Assembly (NCBI GenBank): GCA_000165425.1
Contig: CT868013.1
Coordinates: 1 to 64,000 of the forward strand
Direction: 5' to 3'
Origin: Paramecium tetraurelia
Taxonomy: Eukaryota
Length of the DNA stretch: 64,000 nucleotides
Shown here: piece by piece, positions 1 to 11,800 of the stretch
How the letters are laid out: each line of letters opens with the position of its first letter
How positions within the stretch are numbered: position 1 is the first letter of the stretch
Notes under the pieces: model-generated
What the model was told of the DNA's origin: nothing
Database searches by the model: none
Seen by the model: the letters and a program-made list of their open reading frames with translations, nothing else
Program-made: the position numbers and the translations under genes

Positions 1-49
1 CATGTTTGTTAGTGAACCCCGCGCCGGCTCAACTGATCGGATATCATGG
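1..49. other. Non-telomeric GC-rich leader outside the telomere; probable cloning-vector, adaptor or low-quality read remnant
   Basis: GC-rich relative to the rest of the window, lies distal to the telomere, and contains EcoRV (GATATC) and MscI (TGGCCA) sites at the junction. Confidence 0.6.
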
Positions 50-146
50 CCAAACCCAACCCCAAACCCAACCCCAAACCCAAACCCAACCCCAACCCCA
101 AACCCAAACCCAAACCCCAAACCCAAACCCCAACCCCAAACCCAAA
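50..146 (+). repeat. Paramecium-type macronuclear telomere (C4A2/C3A3 mix)
   Basis: From 52: 8 AAACCC, 5 AACCCC and 2 AAACCCC units, with the C-rich strand at the 5' end as expected for a left chromosome end. Confidence 0.97.
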
Positions 147-1288
147 GAAGCCTTTATGTAGGGATCATAGTAATGTTATTCTGGCTCCCTTCTCCATATC
201 CCTCCCAACTTTTCTTAAGGTCTATAGGTTTTATAAATCAATTAAATTATGGAAAAATTAATACTTCATTTCATTCAAGACAGAGGAGGAACAATTTAAA
301 ATAAAAATAGATTTTTTTTTTCATTGAACACTAAGAATAGATTTTGATGATACATGTTTAGTTGTGTTTTATTACGAATATATAGCTAGAGCCTCTCTAA
401 TTCTAAATTTTTTTCTAAATTGTCTTGCCTATATTACGAAAAGAACAATCTTTATGTCTATTCCCAAACCACTTAATAATAGCAAATTAGTCATGAATAA
501 AAGCACAATTAGCCTGCGATTTCCTTTTGATAATAGATGACCGGGTTAATTGACAGTAAGAGCATGGCCGTTGTAATTCAATATTCTGCCCTAATTTAAC
601 AGTATTCTATTTTCAAATTGACAGACGCACCAAAATTAGTTGAGGTTTAGGAATTGATGAATAGTCTCTTAGAAGAATTTATACTTTGGGTGATAAATAG
701 TATGAATTCCTTATGCATCAGTCGAAATTGCTATTTGTGATTGGATCTTAAGGCACCCAAGAAGTTCTCAAAGTTTATAGATTCAATAAATAATGAACAG
801 CCAAGATTAATAATGAGTATTTGTTTTGAATTAGATTGGAAAATTAATATTAAATGATATATAGACAATAAGATACTGTGTTGTATTTAGCAATCTTTCA
901 ACTCTTGTTGAGAGGGTAATTATCAAAAATAGAATTCAGTTTTGACTTAATTATTAAGAAACAATTTTTAATATCTTTATAACGGTTGTGGAGTAAATTT
1001 ATTATTATTTAAGAAAATAATTCACATTTAAAAACTTATGATTAAAAAGATTAAGATTATTTTATCCTTCAAAAAAAATTATGAGTTTTAAAAAACTAAC
1101 TGCTAATAAACTTATTATTTAACTTAGAAAATTCTTCAAAACGTCACATAAATATTATTGAATCCGAAATGAAGTAGTGATGGATTTTTCCTATTTTTAA
1201 TTTCATCCTTTTAAACTTCATTTTTTCCTTATCTAACTCCCAATATATTTCTCCCCTCCCTAGAGAACTAGCCTGGTGAAAACATAGA

Positions 1289-1438
1289 NNNNNNNNNNNN
1301 NNNNNNNNNNNNNNNNNNNNNNNNNNNNNNNNNNNNNNNNNNNNNNNNNNNNNNNNNNNNNNNNNNNNNNNNNNNNNNNNNNNNNNNNNNNNNNNNNNNN
1401 NNNNNNNNNNNNNNNNNNNNNNNNNNNNNNNNNNNNNN
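1289..1438. other. Assembly gap (150 N)
   Basis: Run of N. Confidence 1.
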
Positions 1439-1993
1439 CTGACTTTTCTGTATTCCTTAGATTAACATACCAATATAGTATTTTCATTGAGTTTTAATTA
1501 ATCTGAAACTGCATTGGCATCATGTGGTCATGGAGAATTTATAATATGGGAGAAAGGATTGTAAGGGAAATGGGAATTTAAATATAAATAGAATGTTTCA
1601 TTATATGGATATTAAATCCATTTCTTGAATGATTATCAATTTCTTTGGGTAACTTAAAGTAAATCAAAGGATGATATTTTAGTATTTGAATTATACAATG
1701 GAGTTTTTAAATAGGATTCAAATAAAACTATTTCTTTAATTAAGAATAACCAATGTGAAGATTATATTTTATTTCCAATAATACATAATAAAGATAGAAA
1801 TGTGATAATGGTAAGACACAAACATCATATCTATTTGATCAGACAATTAAATGATGGCACATTTATTATTCTTGCATCATTAGATTCTAAAACTACACAG
1901 ACTTTTGGAACTCTCACCAATAACGCCTAATATTTACTATTTTGGGATAATAAATTTCAAAAATATTCATCATATGAGATATAATATAAGTGA
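1439..1993 (+). CDS. 3' part of a ciliate WD40/beta-propeller family protein (5' end lost in the gap)
   Basis: Code-6 frame SLSFNQSETALASCGHGEFIIWEK...FPIIHNKDRNVIMVRHKHHIYLIRQ...FGTLTNNAQYLLFWDNKFQKYSSYEIQYK ending TGA at 1991-1993. Confidence 0.7.
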
Positions 1994-3108
1994 AGCATCT
2001 AAGTATTTATCATCTTGATCATAATTAAATGAATTATTTTCATTATTATTTAGAATTTAATATTAAAAATTTATCATTTTTAACTAAAAAGGGTTAAGAT
2101 AGTGATGAACTGCGTATCTATTATAATAATAATATATATGATTTTTTCGGAAATCTAAATACTAATTTTGATTCTGAAGTTAGTCAATATTTAATTTTTT
2201 TCTCATAAAGTTTACTATTTAATTTGCTTGTTTTCCTCTTATGTTTAGAATAATTACAAAATACATTCCAATTCTAAATTATTTAATTTCTAAAGATAGG
2301 AGACATAATAAAAAATTAAGTTTCTTGAATCTTATGAAAAATACAAAATATAATCATATTAATTTGAGATATTTTAGAAATTATTATAATGTTATATTGC
2401 ACCAAAATCCCATTAATTGTAAAATTAATTAGATGACAGATTCTTAAGCTTAAACTAGATTTAGGGATATTAAATATTATAAAATAAATGTTTAGCCAAT
2501 TAGTTAAGAACTATAAAGGAGTTATTTTGATCTTTAATAGAAAACAATTTGATCCAATACTCGAAAAACATAATTAAATTATCGAATGTGAGAGTTTCTT
2601 TTTTCAAAGTGGTAAATAATGGTTAAGGTTGCGAAATAGAGGAATGCAATTTAATTGATTAGAGTAGATATGGCTCATAATATATGTCATGTTATTTTAG
2701 AGACAAAATACATTTCATCCAATTTGGAAAGAAATAATCCAAATTGAATATTAATCCTACTTCATAAATTTATAAAGGTGATCTCAAGCAATGAGATTAT
2801 TCTCTAATGTTTACAAAATTTTTAAGGATCTTTTGTACAGATTTAATTATTAACCAAATCTGTATAAATTTAACTTTCAAAAGAAAGAAGACTTTATTGA
2901 AAAGAAATCAGGGGTATGATCAATTAGTAAATTCTATTTAATAAAACTGTTCTTGTAAAATGGGATATGAGATATTTCATAATAATTTAGCAATCCTTAC
3001 TTTAAATGTGACAGAAAAGGAAAATATGAAATTAGAGAATGCCTCAGTTTAATTGTGATTTAAAACTTTTTTGACAATAAGGAGATTAGAGAACAATCTA
3101 TACCTTTG

Positions 3109-3258
3109 NNNNNNNNNNNNNNNNNNNNNNNNNNNNNNNNNNNNNNNNNNNNNNNNNNNNNNNNNNNNNNNNNNNNNNNNNNNNNNNNNNNNNNNNNNNN
3201 NNNNNNNNNNNNNNNNNNNNNNNNNNNNNNNNNNNNNNNNNNNNNNNNNNNNNNNNNN
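3109..3258. other. Assembly gap (150 N)
   Basis: Run of N. Confidence 1.
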
Positions 3259-3303
3259 AATAATTCCTCCAATCGCCATTCCAACAGGTCCAAAAGGAGC
3301 ACC

Positions 3304-5019
3304 TCATAATATGCCACTCTCAAAGCCTAATTAACCAATTCCAGAAATCAAGCACTAAGATGCCATTATGTTAATTAAAGCATTGGTTTGATTTATCGTG
3401 AAGTCTTATTATAAGCATTCCAAAGATTTTTTTTCCTACTCGATGTCGATTATTCCTTTTAATACCAATATGCAAATATTTAGTTTTAAGGTTTTCATTA
3501 CTTCATCAATTTCTTCCTAAAATTTCTTTTAATTGAAACCGAATTAGTCTTAATATTCAAATTTAAATACTTCAATATAGGTTCTAGTAAGATTTTTTAA
3601 TTGGTTCGAAATATCAGGGTATTTTGATTCATTGAAAATCTTATTTAATTAAATTTGAATCTATTGAAATACATTCTCCAATTCTTTCTTAATTAAAGAG
3701 ACAAATTTTCTCTAATCAAATCCTTAGTTTTTTTGTTCATATTCACAAAATGATAGAAATTCAAAAATTCTTTTACATTAAAAATTCACCAATGTTTCTA
3801 TTTTAGGCTTTATTTTCTACTCAACTACTGAGTCCCAATAGGTCTTTCTCTTCAATGGATCAAGCGCAAAAGCATAGTTATTTTTAACTTATTTGATTGT
3901 TACAGTGTAAATTTATTGATTTTAATTTTATTGCTATTCTATATTTTATACAATAAATTCCAATTATGGGAATAATATTACTTCTTCTTCCGTTGGATAA
4001 TAGGAATGATATTTTTATAATTAGAAACACGGATGAGGAATTTCTTAATCTAAAATGATATTGTAAAGTATCCCATAAAATTTTTCAGAAGCAAATGTTT
4101 TTGCCACTTTTATAGATGTAGATGTGCTAGTAATCGTATTCCAAAATAATGAAGTTTAGTCATCTTTTGATTAATTTAGATCTCTCATAATTTATTTAAA
4201 GATATCTTCATCGATGAAGGATATTCCTCTATAAAGACTTCCAATTTTATTGTATTTATTTTAATGTTCCTCAAATCCTTTGTAAAGACACAATATAATG
4301 TTCGTAATTTATGAATAATTATGCTCAGCAAACTATTAGTTAAAAGTTAGACTAATCTCTTCTCTGGTGTAGAGATAAATCAATTTCTCAAACAATTAAA
4401 ATTTCTATTCAGGTTTTTCTTTTTATTTATTTTCTAAATCTTAGAAAATGACATGCTTTTAATTTTATTTATTTTAGATAGAAAGCAAATTTTCTATTTC
4501 TTCAAAGACCTCTGATTCATTAAGTGTTTTGTTTTTTTTTAATTCTTCTATGACAACTAGAAATTAGATGCTCACATGACTTTTTGAATGTTGATATTCA
4601 ATTGTTTGCCTTTACGGCGGTGATAATAATTTGATGAATTCATTTTGGATGTCCAATTAATTCATACTCATAATAGCATCATCATGCGCTTATTAAAACG
4701 AATCTGATACTATAGATTTTATTTAGATATAATTTTTGAATAAGTCAAAATGATTCTATCTTCTTCCGCAAAATACGATAATGTTTTATTTTGTGTGTTT
4801 TACAAGTTAATAAGCACATTACCCACTAGTTAGGATAGTTATATTTTTATCTCCAATATTTTACAATAATTCACATGCCTGAGATATGTCATTAAAAGCT
4901 TAAAATGCATTTTAGTGAACATCTTGTAATTTCTCACAATATAATTTGTTTTCCCAATTAAAAATTTGGCTATCAACCCAAATAAGAAAAGGATAGTCTT
5001 GCTTTTGATTTTAATTCAT
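3304..5019 (-). CDS. R-S-E class (ARTC, cholera-toxin-like) mono-ADP-ribosyltransferase domain protein, 571 aa to the first TGA
   Basis: Intronless code-6 ORF from ATG 5019. Motifs LYRG (4236-4225), WNTITSTSTS (~4143-4114) and HSYYPTEEEVILFP (EEE 3990-3982). N-terminal LIWVD...ITILTSG...IIVFCG alpha/beta domain. Confidence 0.85.
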
Positions 5020-5819
5020 ATATATTAATTCTATTACAAATATAATTTTATCGGCTTTAAAAGTGTATAATAATTATATATTAAATAATTAAATTCATTT
5101 TTTTCTTTAAAAAAATTACTTTATAGAGATGACGAATGCACAGGCGGATTCTTAAAAATGAATTGATTGATTTAATTTTCAAAAGCAACAGTAATGGATT
5201 GATTGATTCTATTTTTGTTATAAACTTCTTTAGAATCTAAAAATTTAAATACCTATTTTAAGAGTGTAAATATTGAGTTTCTTTATATTCTGATTTTTAA
5301 ATTTAATTAAATAAATAATAATAGTTTTAAATTGGTAAAATACTATTTCTAAAATCAACAACTAAGAACTTAAATCTAAATATATATTAGAAAAACAACT
5401 CTCTTTATAGATCTGCTGAAAGTTAAAATAATTTATTTCCACCAAAAAAAAATTTTCAAAAAAACAAAAAAATTTGATATAAAATCTAAATTTTATATGA
5501 GTACTAATGAGTATTCTTTATATTGAAAGATGCACAATTTTTGTAATAATTTTTAAATAATAAATAGTAGGTTTCCAGTTATGAATAGTTGTAATAAAGA
5601 TTAATTTTCCTCAATGACAATTTTATTCTATTCATATATTTGCATTTGATTGGTTTTTGTTTCACCTATTCTCTTAATAACTAAGAAAGTGTGTATTTAA
5701 TTGATGTCAAATATATAATTTAACTCAGACTTTGATGAGAGATTTTGCTTTGAGCAGTAGCAGTATATAAAATACTTTTTAGAGATCCAAGATTATATTT
5801 ATTAAATTTTAGATTTTTG

Positions 5820-8800
5820 ATGATTTTCATATGTATGGTTGTTTTGAAAACTACATAGGCCTTTGAAATATAAGAATTAGATCCATTGTATTAGGTAGCA
5901 CATCAATCGGTAAAGATATAAGATGTTGATTTTTAACCAAATAAATACTTTAGCTATGGCATTTGGTCAAAATATACTCCACTTAGTGCAATACCTAAAA
6001 CTGGTCCAGTTGGATTATTTGAAAGCGATTGTTATCACCTTCACCATGTACTTGATAAAGAGAACAACGAATTAAACCTAATATATTACGACTGTTTAGA
6101 TTTTGAGGCAAGCAAAATAACAAAGACAATTAAGTTTGTTAACGATAAAGATGAATAAAAAACATACTAAATTGAGGTGGAAATATTTAAATATGAAAGT
6201 TTTTGGTATTTCCTTGAAGTACTTGAATGGCCACTATAATAACGATTTGAAATTTTTATAATATCATAAGAGAAAATAATAATTCATAGTATTGACGAGA
6301 TGAATTATCCATTCAAGGGAAGAGACCTCTAATTTACTTTTGGAAGTAGTTTAATTGTAAGTAATTCAAGAATAGAATCTATCTAAAAAGATTAAAAATT
6401 CTCATACTTTCCTGGAACCATTATTAAATAAAATTTTATGATATTAGAAGAACTGACGATCATTGATTGGTTTGATTATGTAAAAGGTGTATTTGCTGAT
6501 TATGAAGTATGTAATTGTTAACCAAATTATTTTCCAAAAATTGAAGACTTGAATATTGACTCTTAATAAAAAGGAGATTTTGTCTCATAAAATATAATTT
6601 GTGATTCTTTTATTTTTTCCGGCTGGGTAAAAATCTAAGAAATAATTAAAGAAGACAGTTAATTTCTATATCCATTTATAAAATTAGCTGCTAGTTTTGA
6701 GGATTCAAGATTATCTAATGATAACTTATCCCCATTTTAAATTCAATATAAATTATCAGATAATTAGAATTAAATTATAGTAACAACTTATAGCTACACT
6801 TTTCCAAAAGTTTCAATTGATTTTTCTGCTGATCCATTCCTGATAAAGGAATCCTTTGATATAATCCAAAACATACATTTATGGCATAAAATATAAGTAA
6901 AATTAATAGGAAACTCAATGGATATTTAAATAAAATTTTATGAGTAGTTAATGATTTTCGAGTATAGCCTTAAAGTAGAAGTTCATCAATTTTAGTCGTA
7001 CTATCTAAAATTAGTATATGGTAATATTAAGTAGTTAAATTCAAATTACTTAAGTATATTAATGAGAAATTTCTTTTTTTTAAATTGCGATCAAATTTTT
7101 TCTGAGCATAATTGTCATAACAGTTGTTAAGAATGCGATGGCCCAACTAATGAAGATTGTCTATCTTGTTCAGAAGAATCCAAGAGAATTTATTTGCCTG
7201 AACATAAAGTATGTGTCTGTCCTTACAATACAGTTGATGATTAAATTTGTATCGGATATTAAGAAACAAAATTAGAGTTTATTGATGAACCTTACACCAA
7301 AACTGATTGCCAATTTGGTTATTTTGAAGTAGATAATGAATGCGTATAATGGTAACTATTAGATTATTTATAGATATAGTCCTTCAATCATAAGGGATGA
7401 TTTAATTGTTTGTGTAGAATGTTTGTAAAATCCTAAATCTTTTAGTTAAAAGCCATTCTGTGAATATGATTTATACATAGGTCAATCTCAATAGACATAA
7501 AGATTATAATGGACTCCTCCTGATTAATTACTTTTTGATGGAAATGATGTTAGTATGTATCCATGCATAGGGTGTAACAATACTGCTATAAATGATTTTA
7601 ACTATCTGTACTCAGGCTTTTTATATAGTTCCTTCCCTTCTAAATTAAATTGCCTATCTGATGACTATAAGTGTCTATAAAAAATGTCTTAAACATGCAA
7701 AGAATATGTTATATCAGTTTTTGGAGTTAGGTGTAATAGGTGTTCTGATCTTTATATATAAGATGGCATCGACTGTATCTTTATATTTGATAATATGGAA
7801 GAACCTTGTCAAAAACCCTATTATAAAAGTTTTGATAGAAAGTGTAAATTATGCCCTAAAAGGAATTGTGTCTACTGTTTCGAATACTAAGATGACGAAT
7901 CTTCTTTCAAAAGCACATTGTATAAGGATTTTGAAAGCCCTAATAGTGATTAGATGATATAGATTGGTTGTGCAATGTGTGAAGATGGCTTTATTTTTGA
8001 CTTTAAAATTGGGGAATGTCTAAGATATTAATCAAAAATTTAAACTTGTTTAAGATCATTTATCAATTTGGATGGTATTGAAATATGTACTCTCTCAACC
8101 TAAAATGACTTTAGTGTTGCACCTGAAATTGTAAATTGTGATACATACTACTCCAATTGTTTATAATGTGTTCTCACTCCTTCATCAAAGCTACAATGTG
8201 TACTCTGTAGAGAAGGTTATGTGAGTTCTATTATAACTGGGAACTGCGAGTTGAATTAGCTTTCTTTAGTTTTTTAGAACAGCACTTATGTAATAGAAGG
8301 TGGTGTAAAGGATTAAGATGGATATGTTCAGTTGATTTAGAGTTTTTTAATGTAATTTTTACCTGACTCATATTATTATTCATACTCTCCAGAATAAATA
8401 TCATACTAGACAATTAAATGTAAAAATGGGTATGATTTGACAATTTAGTCAATGTGTTTTTAATATTGTAGAAGCGAATGCTTAAATTGTTAAAAGGATT
8501 ATTACAGTTTCATTTGCATGAGATGCCCTTTAAATTACTACAAAAGACCTATGTTGGTTGAACTTAATGGACAATGCATAGCCTGTTCTAATTTATGCTA
8601 ATATTGTAGTGTGAGAAATTAGGATGAAATTTCTGTATTATCTCAATAATATATTAGGCTTTACAACCAAATTTCGAATTGCAGGAATCAAATACTCAAT
8701 TTACTACAAAATGTTTAAAATCAGTTAAAGATCCGAATATAGTCCTCGATACTAACTTGGGAAATGCTAAATACTGTTTTAACAAAAGCTGTTAAAATTG

Positions 8801-11800
8801 GTTTTCATTCTCCGTGTATTTTACTGAATGCATGTTAGATAGGTATCTCCCTGATAGTTATTAAGATGATATAAATTTTTAATATTGTAACCTAGTAGGA
8901 GTAGATTAAATGACTATAAATTATATTATCTCACTCCAAGATAATATTAAAATTTGTGATGGTTTTGCTGCAACTTTATGGAATGGCTTAAAGAAGAAGA
9001 TATTTTCTCTAAAGAAAACAAATATGCGATTATTTCCTGTTAAAGAATATGAAATGCGTGTAAGCAGTAGAATTGAAATATTAAACTTTGATGCAGTAGA
9101 GCTCAAAAATATCACCTTTGTTGAGTTTTATGGCTGTAATTTAGAAAATCCTGATAACAAAGTCGATATAACATTAAATAATATAAATTTCATTAAAACC
9201 AGCTTTACTAGTCTGACAATTTTCCAAACTAAAATATTAGGAAATATTGTAATTTAGGATGTTAACCTTTTAGATTCTGTCTTTGTTAATTCAACATTTT
9301 TTGATTTTTCAAAACAAACTGTTTTAATATCATTTCATATAAAAAATTTAACCTTTAAAAACTGTCGAATAGAAAATTCAATATTGTTTAATATTGACTA
9401 TATTTAAGACATTCTCACTATTGAAAATATCCTTATTGAAAATTGCGTACTATTAAATTCTGCATTTTTCACATCCTAAACAGATTTAAACCGTGCAACC
9501 TAAATTAGATTAATTAACATTGAAATAACTCAATGTAACTTTGATTATTCTTTTCTTCTGCAAGGCGACAGTAGGTTTGAAATAATTGCAAACAATCTCT
9601 TTTTCCACAATAACTATCTTAAAAATTCTGTATTTATTACTTTTAATGATAATCTAGATTTAGTTAAGGTAAGAAGTAGTTATAACACTCTAATTGAATC
9701 TTCAATTTTATCGACATTAATACTCATAAATGAATAAAGGCTTATGTTCACACTGGATGATTTTGAAGATGATTCTAGTAATTTTTAATAATCAAGTTTG
9801 ATAATTGTTTATTCTAGTCTTCAAATCAATAATTTCTATGTTAATATTAAAAATGTAAAAGTTCAGGAAAATAGCCTACCTGATAAGTTATATTTATAGA
9901 ATTACCTATTTAAATTTCATTGCCACTCATTAATAGTTTAAAATGCTTAATTTTTAAATTTGTAAAATTTAGCCATGTTTTATCTTTATGAAATTAATTA
10001 GATAAACTTTAATTCGGTAATTTTTGAGAATTCTTAATAAGATCATAAAGTTCCTGTCTCGTAATCTTGTACTGATTTAAGTGAATTCAGGAATTAACCA
10101 TTATACATTATTGGTTTTTAGTAATTATCGCTGTTAAACATACAAATAGTTAATCAATTTAGTATTAATTATTCATTAATGGATATAAGTTTTAGTACTC
10201 AGTTTATTATTGACAAAATAGGATAAATAATTTTAGAAAATGTATAATTTAGAGGAAATGTAATATTAAAAAACAAAGTAGCCACATCATTATCATTGAT
10301 AAATATATTCTCTCAATATAATTTAAATATCAAATTGACCAATTTTTAGTTTATCCAAAACATAGTCAATTAACAAATTGATGAACCACTTGACACATAA
10401 ACAAATTTATTACATATAAGTTCCTTAGATAGCTTCCTTTAAATTCAACAACTGTATTTTAATCAAAATGCCTTAACGAATTCAACTAATCCAATCATTA
10501 CTCTTACTGCAACTTTGATTGAAATTTCAAATCTAATCTTCATGAATTCTAATTTTTTATCATAAAGTTTATGGTAACAATTTTACGATTTTGAATTAGA
10601 GAATTAATATAATCAATAAGAAATTAACTCAATTATTCAATCAACATTTAAAATTTTAAATTAAGGCATCTATATTGCAGCTTCCACCTTTAGCTGTGAA
10701 GATTGTTTTTTTTAAGAAATTATTGCTATTAAAGCTTCTATTTTTTAGATTAAAACTCAAGGACAAGGAATAATAAAAATAAGTAACCTTGAGATAGATT
10801 CTGTATATACTAATCTAAAAGATACTGGGAGTTCAGGTTGCATAAGTGTAGATTCAACAAACAGCCTTTTATCTATTGATCTGAGACAAATCAAATTTAC
10901 CAATATTTTCAATAGGATGTCTACCTCATTATTTTCTATTACACCCTCTTTAAAAGAAAATGTTATTCGTTTAAATAATATTGAAATAAAGAATTGTCTT
11001 TCCTTAAAGAATACAGTCATGTTAGCCAAATTTTCGGCAGAAGTAATGAAATAAAGTTTAGTAAGTATCAATAATTTATCAATTTATTAAAGTGAAGAAT
11101 TGTGGTTTTAACTATTTTCCTTAATTGGTGATATATCATTATCAGAATTAGAGAGTATTTTAAGCTTAGAGAACGCTATGATTTTTCTTGAAAATTGTAA
11201 AGTTGATATCCAAAACCTAAATGTTGAAGGAATTGTAATCTCTCCAATTTTTAAATTTTATAATGCATTTACTTTAAGGCTTTTTGATTGTAAACTAATG
11301 TTTATAAAAAAATTATATTCCTTTGATCTCATACACATAACTTAGACTATAATAGCTGAATCAAAGATTTCTATTGAAAAACTAAAGATACTTTAAAGTA
11401 TTACATATAAAGAACAATCAGATGGAATTCCGATCTTTTAAGATTTGAATTATAAAATTTTAGGATGCAGTGTGTGGAGGAGCGCCTCATAAACAGGATA
11501 AACTGTTTATTCAAATATAATAAGTTAGATATAATCATCTGCTGATCAATCAAATCAGTTGATATATGTTAAAAGTATCTCTGACTAAAACTCCATTAGG
11601 CTTTCGCATTTAGAAATAATAAATAATGATGGATCAGACTTTTCAAATGGAATGATCACTTTTGAAGTTGAACAGTTCAAAATTATTAAAATAGATAATA
11701 TATTTTGCTTTTAAAATGATGTAAAAGAAAATGGTTGTTTCTACTTTTTGATCTAAAATTTTATTAATTCAACTATTATAATCAAAGATTCTTATTTCCT

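Noticed and set aside
2..304. ORFs with PNPTPNPKP repeats
   Set aside because: Translations of the telomeric repeat
147..1288. Short protein-like patches next to the telomere (e.g. GIDEQSLRRIYTLGDKQYEFL near 650-795)
   Set aside because: Interrupted by TGA with no recognisable family; a gene cannot be supported
2430..3108. Possible degenerate coding region before the second gap
   Set aside because: Frames are broken by TGA and no motif is recognisable
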